Positions 41,171 through 50,178 of a stretch of DNA of 64,000 bases are shown here, piece after piece; position 1 is the stretch's first letter; each line of letters opens with the position of its first letter. A program made the translations under genes and the position numbers. Source of the stretch: Patescibacteria group bacterium (GTDB lineage: Bacteria; Patescibacteriota; Patescibacteriia; UBA10025; JAHIVO01); contig JBAZWB010000001.1 in the NCBI GenBank assembly GCA_041660605.1, positions 393,295 to 457,294 on the forward strand. The letters run 5' to 3'. Under the pieces are notes generated by a model that was given only the letters and a program-made list of their open reading frames with translations, was not told the DNA's origin and did no database searches.

Positions 41171-44100
41171 GCAAACATCCCCTAACGATATTACTTTTAG
41201 GCTCTGGCGCCTTAAAAATCGGCCAGGCAGGGGAATTTGATTATTCTGGTTCGCAGGCCATTAAAGCAATTAAAGCATGCGGTTACCGGGTTGTTCTGAT
41301 AAATCCAAATGTCGCTACTATTCAGACGTCAGACAGCTTGGCTGATGAGGTTTATTTTCTGCCAGTTGACGCTTATTTTGCTGAAAAGGTGATTACCGCG
41401 GAACGGCCATACGGCATTATGCTTGGTTTTGGCGGCCAAACAGCTCTTAACTGCGGGCTTGAATTAGACCGACGGGGTGTTTTGAAAAAGTATAGTGTTA
41501 AAGTTCTTGGGACGCCAATTAAAAGTATCCGTTTAACCGAGGACAGGGAACTGTTCGCGAATTTTATGGTACGCAACGGTTTTTGCGTGCCGCGTAGCAA
41601 AGCGGTAACGTCTGTTAAAGCAGCCCAGAGTGCGGCCAAACGGATAGGGTATCCGGTAATGATCCGCAGCGGATTTTCATTGGGTGGACTCGGTTCAGGC
41701 ATAGTGCAAACGCCTAGTGAATTGATTGCCATCGCTACTGCAGCGCTGGCTCACGCTCCGCAAATTCTCATTGAAGAATGCCTGCGCGGTTGGAAGGAAG
41801 TTGAGTATGAGGTGGTCAGGGACAGCAGCGGAAATTGCTGTACAATTTGCAATATGGAAAATCTTGATCCGCTTGGTATACATACGGGAGACAGCATTGT
41901 CGTAGCGCCATCCCAGACTCTTAACAACCGTGAGTACCATAGTCTGCGATCTATATCCATTAATGTAATTAAAAAGCTGGGTATTATCGGCGAGTGCAAT
42001 ATCCAGTTTGCCCTTGATCCAATTTCGGATAAGTATCGGATTATCGAAGTTAATGCCCGCCTTTCCCGTTCTTCCGCGCTCGCCTCCAAGGCTACAGGAT
42101 ATCCGCTGGCCGCGGTGGCAGCTCAGCTGGCGCTGGGGAAGCAATTAACAGAGATACGGAACGCAGTGACGAAAAAAACCCCGGCTTTTTTCGAACCCGC
42201 GCTTGATTATATCGTTTTGAAATTCCCGCGTTGGGATTTCTCCAAATTTCTCCATGCTGACCTGAGTATCGGTAGTCAGATGAAAAGCGTCGGTGAGGTG
42301 ATGGCCATCGGCCGAAGCTTCCCGGAAGTCCTCCAAAAAGCCATTCGCATGCTGGATATCGGCCGTGACAGCATATTAGATAAAAATCCGGATCCTGTCG
42401 CACTGGCTGACGCCGCTAAGCCGACACCGCAAAGAATTTTTTACTTGGCTGCCGCTTTATATCATGGCATTTCACCAGCTGTACTATCTAAGCGCACAGG
42501 GATTGACCGCTGGTTTCTCAGTCAAATCCAAGATATTACAAAATTACAAAAGCAGCTGCAAAGCTCTTTATTCAATCAGTTTAATAAATCAACCCTTTTG
42601 GAAGCGAAGCAATTTGGTTTCAGCGACTGCCTGCTTGGTAAACTCTGCGGAATGAGTAGCGATCAGATTCGCGCCAAACGCAAGCAATTTGATGTTTTGC
42701 CATATGTGAAACGCATTGATACGGTCGCGGCTGAGTTTCCCGCTCAGACAAATTATCTCTATTGCACTTATCACGCCACCGCTTCTGACCGGCTTCCCGA
42801 TAAACGAAAGTCGGCCGTGGTTATCGGGTCAGGGGTATACCGGATCGGATCATCCGTGGAGTTTGACTGGTGCGCAGTAAATGCGGCTGCTGAACTGCAC
42901 CGGCAGGGATTCAGTTCAATAATGATCAACTGCAATCCTGAAACTGTTTCAACTGACTATGATGTCAGTGATGCACTATATTTTGAGGAGCTGACGCTGG
43001 AGCGGGTTTTGGATATTTGTGATCACGAAAATCCTGAAGGTGCGGTGGTTTCAGTCGGCGGCCAGGTAGCCAATAATCTTGCTTTGGGTCTGGCCAAGCG
43101 GAGAATTAATTTGCTGGGCACCTCGGCGAAAGCCATTGATAACGCGGAGGATAGACATAAATTTTCCAAGCTGTTGGATCGTTTGGGAATCAAGCAACCA
43201 GCCTGGACTGAAGCGACAACGGCCGTCGCGACCGAGTCTTTTGCTGAACGCGTTGGTTTCCCGGTAATAATCCGGCCGAGCTATGTCCTTAGCGGATCAG
43301 CGATGAATGTGGCGACTAACATGAACCAGCTTCGCCTGTTCCTGCGTGATGCCGCGCTTGTTTCACCAGAGCATCCAGTTGTAGTTTCAAAATTTGAAAT
43401 TGACGCACATGAAATTGACGTTGATGCAGTAGCGCAGAATGGGAGGATATTGACTGCTATTGTTTCCGAGCATGTTGAAAATGCCGGCGTGCATTCGGGA
43501 GACGCAACGCTGGTCCTGCCCCCGCAGAAAGTTTATATTGAAACATACCAGCAAATTAAGGAAGCAGTTAATAAAATAGCCGCAGAGTTGCAGATAACCG
43601 GTCCATGCAATTTTCAATTTCTTGCCCGGGACAACCAGATAAAAGTGATTGAATGCAATTTGCGTGCTTCACGGAGCTTTCCTTTTGCCTCAAAGGTAAC
43701 CAATATTAATCTTATTAAATTGTCAATCCAGGCAATGGTCCTGCGTCAGGTGGCCCCTCATCCTGTGCCGCGCTTGCCTTACGTAGCAGTGAAGGCGCCC
43801 CAATTTTCTTTTCATCGGTTGACCGGCACTGATCCGATACTGCGTGTTGAGATGGCTTCAACCGGCGAAGTGGCCTCGTTCGGTCGGGATGTATATGAGG
43901 CATTTCTTAAATCAGTTTTGGCAACCGGCTTCCGCCTTCCTCGCCGGAGCATTCTGCTAAGTCTAGGCGGGGAGCATAATAAAATGAAACTGCTTGATGA
44001 AATTCAGTCTCTGGCTAACAGGGGATTCTATCTTTTTGCCACGGAGAATACTCATGAATTCCTGACCGCACGGGGGATTGCCAGCAAATTATTGCATAAA

Positions 44101-44370
44101 ATTCACATTACGAAAGAACCGAACATCAGGTCTTACCTTCAGCAGCATAAAATTGAGCTGGTCATAAATCTGGCACACCAGTTTGAGGGTGAAGTAATAC
44201 GCGATGATTATGTTATGCGCCGGTTAGCAATTGATTTCAATGTTCCTCTAATAACCAATCTGCAATTGGCGCAGCTATTTCTCCGTGCAATTCAGTGTAA
44301 AAATCTTGATGACCTTCAGGCAAAACCCTGGTCAGCATACCGGCCCTTAGTTAATGCGAAAAAATTATAG
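41167..44370 (+). CDS. carB: Carbamoyl-phosphate synthase large subunit
   Basis: Two ATP-grasp halves, oligomerisation and MGS-like domains over 1067 aa. Confidence 0.95.
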   Translation: MSKHPLTILLLGSGALKIGQAGEFDYSGSQAIKAIKACGYRVVLINPNVATIQTSDSLADEVYFLPVDAYFAEKVITAERPYGIMLGFGGQTALNCGLELDRRGVLKKYSVKVLGTPIKSIRLTEDRELFANFMVRNGFCVPRSKAVTSVKAAQSAAKRIGYPVMIRSGFSLGGLGSGIVQTPSELIAIATAALAHAPQILIEECLRGWKEVEYEVVRDSSGNCCTICNMENLDPLGIHTGDSIVVAPSQTLNNREYHSLRSISINVIKKLGIIGECNIQFALDPISDKYRIIEVNARLSRSSALASKATGYPLAAVAAQLALGKQLTEIRNAVTKKTPAFFEPALDYIVLKFPRWDFSKFLHADLSIGSQMKSVGEVMAIGRSFPEVLQKAIRMLDIGRDSILDKNPDPVALADAAKPTPQRIFYLAAALYHGISPAVLSKRTGIDRWFLSQIQDITKLQKQLQSSLFNQFNKSTLLEAKQFGFSDCLLGKLCGMSSDQIRAKRKQFDVLPYVKRIDTVAAEFPAQTNYLYCTYHATASDRLPDKRKSAVVIGSGVYRIGSSVEFDWCAVNAAAELHRQGFSSIMINCNPETVSTDYDVSDALYFEELTLERVLDICDHENPEGAVVSVGGQVANNLALGLAKRRINLLGTSAKAIDNAEDRHKFSKLLDRLGIKQPAWTEATTAVATESFAERVGFPVIIRPSYVLSGSAMNVATNMNQLRLFLRDAALVSPEHPVVVSKFEIDAHEIDVDAVAQNGRILTAIVSEHVENAGVHSGDATLVLPPQKVYIETYQQIKEAVNKIAAELQITGPCNFQFLARDNQIKVIECNLRASRSFPFASKVTNINLIKLSIQAMVLRQVAPHPVPRLPYVAVKAPQFSFHRLTGTDPILRVEMASTGEVASFGRDVYEAFLKSVLATGFRLPRRSILLSLGGEHNKMKLLDEIQSLANRGFYLFATENTHEFLTARGIASKLLHKIHITKEPNIRSYLQQHKIELVINLAHQFEGEVIRDDYVMRRLAIDFNVPLITNLQLAQLFLRAIQCKNLDDLQAKPWSAYRPLVNAKKL

Positions 44371-44411
44371 ATTAACAAAATGCAAATTAAGAGGACTTTA
44401 TCCCTCTTTTT

Positions 44412-44753
44412 TTAATCAAGGTTTTTTATTGAGGGATTCCCTGGTTGTTCTGATTTGTGCTGAGATGACTTGAATTTTTTGATCTGCCTGATAAGCTTCG
44501 GCATACACAGGTCAATGGCCTCGCGCATATGTTCGGCTTTTTGTCCGGCTTTGATGTTTTCTCCCGGCATTTCCACGGAAATCTCCACGCGGTTTATCAA
44601 CCCTGTCTTCTGGTTATGATCAAAATCCAGTTCCACCTTTATTTTTGTCGGAACTCCAGGCAGGAGCTGGTCAATTTTTTCCACCTTTTTGGTGATGTAC
44701 ACTTTTAAAGCCTCATCCAGCTTAAAATCTTTCCCACTGATAGTAATTGACAT
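44412..44753 (-). CDS. hpf: Ribosome hibernation promoting factor (HPF/RaiA, S30EA family), short form
   Basis: MSITISGKDFKLDEALKVYITKKVEKIDQLL...IKVELDF conserved pattern. Confidence 0.85.
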   Translation of the reverse strand: MSITISGKDFKLDEALKVYITKKVEKIDQLLPGVPTKIKVELDFDHNQKTGLINRVEISVEMPGENIKAGQKAEHMREAIDLCMPKLIRQIKKFKSSQHKSEQPGNPSIKNLD

Positions 44754-44873
44754 ATTTTTTTATTAATTATTTATATTTTACCATGGATTGACAAATGCTT
44801 CCAGTCGTGGTACTCTGATCTGATTTAATCTGATACGCAACATTTGTAGAGAAGGAATTTAAGGAGGAGAGAG

Positions 44874-45524
44874 TTGAATAAAATTGTACTTTGGTTTCGG
44901 TATATGTTCAATTTCCAAGGGCTACCGGCAACAGGCGATCCGCGACAGGCTGACGTAGTCATCGTTCAGGCATTCGGTCGAAATGGATTCTCTGACCAGG
45001 AACTGAATATGCTTGGTAAACTAACTGAAGTTGAACAAATCAGTGATGTTGAGATGATGGATATCCTTCGTCAGTGGAATTTTGATCCAGGGCAATCAAA
45101 CAGGGAATTAGCCGAAGAGTGCCGCAGGATAATGGACAAATATAAATTGTCTGCTATCGTCCAATGGGAGATTGCTGTGGCATTTCCGACTGACTGGTAT
45201 GCCGCAAACAACCAACGTATTATCTGCCTTTGGCCATCAGCTGAATCATTACAGTATTTTTCTACCCGCAAGGTATTGGAAAATACTCTAGCTAAAATGA
45301 TAAAACGAAGGTGGTCATTGCCGATTGAATTGGCGCACCACGGCCAGATTCTCCGAGCCTATCTGATGGTCAGAAAAATTTTTGGAAACGCACCGGTTAT
45401 TCTATCGCCGTACCCAAAAAGCTTTGACCGCAAATCGGTTCAACCATGGACACGCAGTCGTTGGCGCTGGCTCTGCAGGGAAATCATTGTTCGTTGGCAT
45501 CATTTGCTAAAAAGATGGGTGTGA
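44874..45524 (+). CDS. Hypothetical protein (TTG start, strong SD); GC-richer than its neighbours
   Basis: 216-aa ORF preceded by aaggaggagagag; no confident family. Confidence 0.45.
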   Translation: MNKIVLWFRYMFNFQGLPATGDPRQADVVIVQAFGRNGFSDQELNMLGKLTEVEQISDVEMMDILRQWNFDPGQSNRELAEECRRIMDKYKLSAIVQWEIAVAFPTDWYAANNQRIICLWPSAESLQYFSTRKVLENTLAKMIKRRWSLPIELAHHGQILRAYLMVRKIFGNAPVILSPYPKSFDRKSVQPWTRSRWRWLCREIIVRWHHLLKRWV

Positions 45525-45568
45525 AAGATCAAAATCGGGGTGACTACTGGCGACAGTAGCACCCTTTT

Positions 45569-46462
45569 TTATTTATTGTAAAATTTTTTAATTATTTGTT
45601 CAGCTTTTGAAATTTTATTTATCCAGTGAATGCGCTGGTCGCGCTTAAACCAGGTCATCTGGCGCTTGGCGTATTTATGTATGGCATTTTCTAATTGGGC
45701 GACCATTTGCAGGCGAGTTAAAATCCCACGCAGGTAGAGACTGACATAGCGGTATTCCAGGCCGATATCGTAGAGCCTCTTCCAGCTGACTCCCTGTTGG
45801 TGAAGCTTTTTTACTTCGGTGATCATCCCCTGGCTAATTCTTTTTTTCAGCCGCTGGTCAATGAGTTTATTTAATTTTTTGCGTGGCAATGATATTCCTA
45901 TTATTAGGGGATCAAAAGGGGATTGTTTTTTTAGAGGTGCAATTAATTTACCAGTAGCCTTTATTATCTCAATCGCGCGTATCAGCCGATAAGGATTTTT
46001 TTTGTCTATCGATTTGGCACGACGGGGATCAAGTTTTTTTAATATATTATAAAGCTGGCTGGTGGTTTTTTTTGACAGCTGATGGCGCAATTTTTTATCC
46101 GGTTTTACTTTTGGCAGATCAAGGTCATCAACCACTGATTGTATCCAAAAACCGGTACCGCCGGTGAGAATGGGCAGCTTGTTTTTATTATAGATTTTTT
46201 TAATTACCAGTAAAGCCTGGCGCTTGAAATGCGAGACGTTGAATTCCCGCTGCGGGTCTGCTACGTCCAGGAGGTAATGTTTGGCCTGCCGCTGTTCTGT
46301 CTTTGAAGCTTTGCCGCTGCCGATATCCATACCCCGGAAAACCTGGCGGGAATCAGCGGAGATTATTTCGCCATTGTATTTCTTGGCCAGTTTGATGGCC
46401 AGGGATGTCTTGCCAGAGGCGGTAGGTCCGAGAATGACAATTAATTTTGGTTTGTTTCGCAT
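45569..46462 (-). CDS. miaA: tRNA dimethylallyltransferase
   Basis: P-loop GPTASGKT and the IPP-transferase fold sequence. Confidence 0.9.
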   Translation of the reverse strand: MRNKPKLIVILGPTASGKTSLAIKLAKKYNGEIISADSRQVFRGMDIGSGKASKTEQRQAKHYLLDVADPQREFNVSHFKRQALLVIKKIYNKNKLPILTGGTGFWIQSVVDDLDLPKVKPDKKLRHQLSKKTTSQLYNILKKLDPRRAKSIDKKNPYRLIRAIEIIKATGKLIAPLKKQSPFDPLIIGISLPRKKLNKLIDQRLKKRISQGMITEVKKLHQQGVSWKRLYDIGLEYRYVSLYLRGILTRLQMVAQLENAIHKYAKRQMTWFKRDQRIHWINKISKAEQIIKKFYNK

Positions 46463-46522
46463 GCATTTATTTTACACTATATCCATATTTTTAAAAACTT
46501 AATTGGTCGATATTATGTTGTC

Positions 46523-46551
46523 TTGACAATCAATATACTTCGTGCTAATAT
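46523..46551 (+). promoter_or_regulatory. Sigma70-like promoter (TTGACA, 17-nt spacer, TAATAT)
   Basis: Precedes the 46595 gene; the first of three similar promoter-gene-terminator units. Confidence 0.5.
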
Positions 46552-46594
46552 AGCAAGTCATTTGTACATTAAGCCCAAAGGAAGGAGGAACGTT

Positions 46595-46945
46595 ATGGTA
46601 TATTCTATTTGGGTAATCGGTCGCGACGAGCTGCCTATCAGTGTCGCTGATTTGCTTAGGGGGATATTTAAGCAGGCGACGATTGAGGTGGTACCTGTTG
46701 ATGATTTTCGGGATAAACCCGGAACTGCTGACCTTGCAGTGATCACCAACTATGACCTTGGCCAGGGTAAAAATGCCATTCAGTTAATGGCATCCCGACC
46801 GGATTTCAGTTATTTGTGGATGGTTAGTGGGGTAACCCGCCCTCTGGCTCAGCATGTGCCGAGCCACATTAGTCGACAAATAGTTGATAAACCGGCTAAC
46901 TCTCAGGAATTGGCCGAAGCAGTTACTCGCGCTCTGTGCATCTAA
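46595..46945 (+). CDS. Small receiver (CheY/REC)-like domain protein, degenerate
   Basis: IWVIGRDE...DLAVITNYDL...LWMVSG...DKP pattern resembles a REC fold; strong SD ggaggaacg. Confidence 0.35.
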   Translation: MVYSIWVIGRDELPISVADLLRGIFKQATIEVVPVDDFRDKPGTADLAVITNYDLGQGKNAIQLMASRPDFSYLWMVSGVTRPLAQHVPSHISRQIVDKPANSQELAEAVTRALCI

Positions 46946-46971
46946 GTGCACTAAATGAAATAGGAATTCCG

Positions 46972-47007
46972 CCGTTGTTACCACCCTGGTACAACGGCCT
47001 TTTTTTA
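46972..47007 (+). terminator. Intrinsic terminator
   Basis: ccgttgt-taccaccctggt-acaacgg hairpin followed by cctttttttattt. Confidence 0.75.
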
Positions 47008-47019
47008 TTTAGCCTAGGC

Positions 47020-47047
47020 TTGACAGGCGGGAAGGAAAGTGATAATA
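47020..47047 (+). promoter_or_regulatory. Sigma70-like promoter (TTGACA ... GATAAT)
   Basis: Hexamers upstream of the 47081 gene. Confidence 0.45.
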
Positions 47048-47080
47048 TTTTATGAAATATACGTTAGTTAGGAGGGTTGT

Positions 47081-47377
47081 ATGTCTGAAATTCTTATTGT
47101 CGGTGATTCTGTATCAGTCGCTACTGCCAGGCAACTATTGGAAAGTACGACATGGCACACTATTTCCGTTGCTATGAGTCCGGAAGAGGCAGCCGCTAAA
47201 GACAGGATCCGTATTGATGGAAACCTACAGGGCTTTGATCTGATTATGGCGTTTGGATTAGAAAGGAGAGCTTTCAATCAAATCTGTCATTGCCGGCCCG
47301 ATCAGTTAATCCTGACTTTTCCGACGGTTCCGGAAGATGTGTCGAAGAAGGTGGAAGAGGCACTATCGGTTCCTTAA
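47081..47377 (+). CDS. Small receiver-like domain protein, paralog of the 46595 product
   Basis: ILIVGD...DLIMAFG...LILTF...VEEAL is parallel to the upstream protein; SD aggaggg. Confidence 0.35.
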   Translation: MSEILIVGDSVSVATARQLLESTTWHTISVAMSPEEAAAKDRIRIDGNLQGFDLIMAFGLERRAFNQICHCRPDQLILTFPTVPEDVSKKVEEALSVP

Positions 47378-47393
47378 GATCTCTCTATGCTGC

Positions 47394-47426
47394 ACGGCTG
47401 CCCTTGCCAGGCGGCCTTTTTTTATT
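47394..47426 (+). terminator. Intrinsic terminator
   Basis: ggctgcc-cttgcca-ggcggcc hairpin followed by tttttttattt. Confidence 0.6.
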
Positions 47427-47435
47427 TGTCCGGGC

Positions 47436-47464
47436 TTGACTAAATACGTAAAAAGTAATATACT
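47436..47464 (+). promoter_or_regulatory. Sigma70-like promoter (TTGACT, 17-nt spacer, TATACT)
   Basis: Hexamers upstream of the 47519 gene. Confidence 0.5.
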
Positions 47465-47518
47465 TCGTTAATATTTGTTGGTTTTGTCCTTTGTCATTAA
47501 AAAAAAGTAGGAGGTCAG

Positions 47519-48034
47519 TTGCGAAACAGCTTTACTATGCCAAGTGAGCACCATCATGTACGTCTCGCGGCATCGTTTGCTGCCATCTTCTTTGCCATCG
47601 GATGGGTACCGGTTGAGTTAATAGTTCCGTTTTTAGTGAAATTGTTCCAGCTTCGCGGACTTGTTTTTATCGCCTTGTCATTGCATAAGGCGATTTATGT
47701 GGTTGGATTCATACTTTCGCTAAATACGCTTCTCAACCATGCCAGCGGCAGGCGTTATCTTGAAAAACGCAAGTTTGGTCGATTTCTTCTGAAACTCTTG
47801 GGGCACAAAAACTCCGGACGTTTACACGGCTGGCGGCTAGTGGTTTATGAGATTTGGTATCACGCGGGTTTAGCGGTCTTCGGATTTTTTCCAATTTTTG
47901 TAAAATTTGCTATTGCACGCTGCTCCCTGTATCCCCGGTTTTCCGCGATTTCATGCGTGGTGACAGCTACTACCCTCGGTTCTTATCTGATTGTCTATTA
48001 TGGCGTTGATGTACTCAATTGGTTCATCGGTTAA
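47519..48034 (+). CDS. Hypothetical polytopic membrane protein (TTG start, SD aggaggtca) with a His-rich N-terminus
   Basis: 171 aa with 4-5 TM helices; the MPSEHHHVRL N-terminus is reminiscent of membrane-bound metal-hydrolase families (weak). Confidence 0.4.
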   Translation: MRNSFTMPSEHHHVRLAASFAAIFFAIGWVPVELIVPFLVKLFQLRGLVFIALSLHKAIYVVGFILSLNTLLNHASGRRYLEKRKFGRFLLKLLGHKNSGRLHGWRLVVYEIWYHAGLAVFGFFPIFVKFAIARCSLYPRFSAISCVVTATTLGSYLIVYYGVDVLNWFIG

Positions 48035-48066
48035 ACCGCAGGCATTTTCTAAGTGCAGGCGGTTTT

Positions 48067-49446
48067 TTATTTATCCAGTTTTCCTGCTAAACCCCAGGCG
48101 CTGGCTTTTTCTATTTTTACGTTTATAAACTGGCCAATGAGGTCCTGCGTACTTATTACCTCAACGGTTTTAAAACCCTCGGTTTTGCCGTGAAAAACGT
48201 TCTTACCGCGGCCGCGCTTGTCAATCAGCACTTTCTGCGTGGTGCCGATTAATTTCTTGTTATTTTCCAGTGCAGTTTTCGCCAGAATGTCGTTTAATAT
48301 TTTTTCGCGCTCCATTTTGGTTTTTTTCGGCACATCGTCGGGAAAAAAGCGCGCGGCCGCGGTGCCCAGGCGGGGAGAGTATTGCGCCAGGTAGGCCATG
48401 TCGTATTTTACGGTTTTCATCAGCTCTGCCGTTTGCTGGAATTGCTCATTTGTTTCACCGGGAAAACCGACGATGACGTCAGTGGTGATAGCTACCCCTG
48501 GCCAGGCAGCGCGCAGGCGTTTTATCAGATCTAGATAATACCGGCGGTTATGGCGACGGTTCATACGCCGCAATATTTCATCATCACCCGATTGGATCGG
48601 CAAATGAAAAAACCGGGTCATTTTTTCGCACTGCGGCAAAGTCTTTAAAAGCTCCTCTGAAACATCCTGCGGATTGGAGGTCAGAAATCGTATCCAGAAA
48701 TTACCAGGCAGGCTGTTTATTTTAATTAATAATTCAGAAAAATCCTTGGGCACTTTAGTAGTGGCTGTGCGCCATTGGATTGCCTGGCCTTTCTTAAAAC
48801 GCCAGTAATCCCGCGAGCGAGATTCCAGAATATCCTTGTCGTGGTTTTTTTCCGGATCAATATAAGCATTGACGTTCTGGCCCAGCAAGGTAATTTCCTT
48901 GTACCCTTGGTTTATCAGGTTTTTTACTTCGTTAATAATATCCGAAGAGGGGCGTGAAGCCTCCTGTCCGCGGGTATATGGCACGGCGCAGTAGGTGCAA
49001 TAATTATTGCAGCCGGTCATGATAGGAATAAAAGCCTGAAAGGGGGAGCTATGCAGAGCATCCAAAGACAGGTAATCAGCATTAGTTATTGTTTCTTTGG
49101 TTTTGAGCTTTTTATCCAGCCCAAGTAGTTGGGGAAATCCGGCAATATCTTTAATCTCCAAAAAAATGTCAAAATCTTTCTGTAATTTAATTCTGTCTGC
49201 GGGTAGTACACAGCCGGTTAGAATCAATTTAAGAGGGCGTTCTTTTTTCCAAAGGCGCCATTTTTCTATGCTGCCAAAAATTCTGTCCATGGCTTTCTGC
49301 CTGACTGAGCAGGAAACGACGATTATCAGGTCTGCTTGATTTTCATTTTGAGTGGCCTCACAATCATGGGATTGCAAAATGCTGGCCAGACGTTCAGCAT
49401 CTGACCAGTTCATCTGGCAGCCAATGGTAAATAAGTAATATTTCAT
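48067..49446 (-). CDS. miaB: tRNA-2-methylthio-N6-dimethylallyladenosine synthase (radical-SAM methylthiotransferase with TRAM domain)
   Basis: N-terminal MTTase Cys motif (IGCQMN), radical-SAM CNNYCTYC, C-terminal TRAM; start placed at MKYYLFTIGCQMN. Confidence 0.85.
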   Translation of the reverse strand: MKYYLFTIGCQMNWSDAERLASILQSHDCEATQNENQADLIIVVSCSVRQKAMDRIFGSIEKWRLWKKERPLKLILTGCVLPADRIKLQKDFDIFLEIKDIAGFPQLLGLDKKLKTKETITNADYLSLDALHSSPFQAFIPIMTGCNNYCTYCAVPYTRGQEASRPSSDIINEVKNLINQGYKEITLLGQNVNAYIDPEKNHDKDILESRSRDYWRFKKGQAIQWRTATTKVPKDFSELLIKINSLPGNFWIRFLTSNPQDVSEELLKTLPQCEKMTRFFHLPIQSGDDEILRRMNRRHNRRYYLDLIKRLRAAWPGVAITTDVIVGFPGETNEQFQQTAELMKTVKYDMAYLAQYSPRLGTAAARFFPDDVPKKTKMEREKILNDILAKTALENNKKLIGTTQKVLIDKRGRGKNVFHGKTEGFKTVEVISTQDLIGQFINVKIEKASAWGLAGKLDK

Positions 49447-49529
49447 AATGTGTTTAATTCTAAGGCTAAAAAGGTTCCAAGGCAAGGGCAATTGTGTTAT
49501 ACTGGAAATATCATTAATTTCCGCGGAAA

Positions 49530-49679
49530 ATGACTGACGAATTTAAAAAACAGATAGAGAAAGAAGAGCTGATAGGCACCGATCAGAAATTAGGTACTGG
49601 CATGAAAGTAGCTCTGACTACCATCGTTGTCCTTTCGGTGGCGGCAGGCGTGGCCGTAGCTTTGTTCTTAGCTAAGTAG
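49530..49679 (+). CDS. Possible 49-aa tail-anchored membrane protein
   Basis: MTDEFKKQIEKEELIGTDQKLGTGMKVALTTIVVLSVAAGVAVALFLAK read from the sequence; below the ORF-track cutoff. Confidence 0.3.
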   Translation: MTDEFKKQIEKEELIGTDQKLGTGMKVALTTIVVLSVAAGVAVALFLAK

Positions 49680-50136
49680 ATAAGAACAAAGATAATTCGG
49701 ATTTGTTTGGTGATAGTTTGATTATTTTTTTGGTATACAGAATCCCAATTTAGCAAATTGGCTTTTTTTTGATTATGATTGTGTTATTAGATTGTCCACA
49801 TAAAGCATATTGACAATTTTTAGCACATACCCTAAGATAAATGAACTTATTTGTACATTCATGTTAATAATCGGGGAGGTTCCTAGGGTCGGAGGTGAGT
49901 TTGACCCGCAGGCTGTTTGTGCATTGCGCACCCAAACGTTTTTAAGTGGCCAGTTACCATTGGTTGTCTCGGCATCGTATCTGCAGGACTTCTTACCGTA
50001 GGCAGCCAAATGCGTTTTGTGGTGAATAAAAAAATAAAACTGGCAAAGCCCCTAGCTAGGCATTATCTCAGCGGAATTTTCTCAGTGGAAGCGTCCCAAT
50101 GGATTTTCTGCCAGTGATCGCAAACACCCAGCCTCC

Positions 50137-50178
50137 CCAACCATTATATATAGGGAATCGACATAAAGTCAGATTCCC
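50137..50178 (+). terminator. Intrinsic terminator closing a roughly 330-nt non-coding plus-strand unit
   Basis: agggaatc-gacataaagtca-gattccct hairpin followed by tattttttttgg. Confidence 0.55.

Noticed and set aside
46523-46594. The 5-prime part of the listed 140-aa ORF (MTINILRAN...)
   Set aside because: This segment is the sigma70 promoter (TTGACA at 46523) and 5-prime UTR. The real start is the ATG at 46595, preceded by GGAGGA.
50090-50140. tmRNA-like tag reading frame (ANTQPPQPLYI-stop) and a T-arm-like hairpin at 50137-50178
   Set aside because: The tag lacks the canonical (A)LAA ending. The hairpin loop is 12 nt, not a 7-nt T-loop. No 5-prime tRNA-like acceptor pairing was found, so this is interpreted as a plain terminator.
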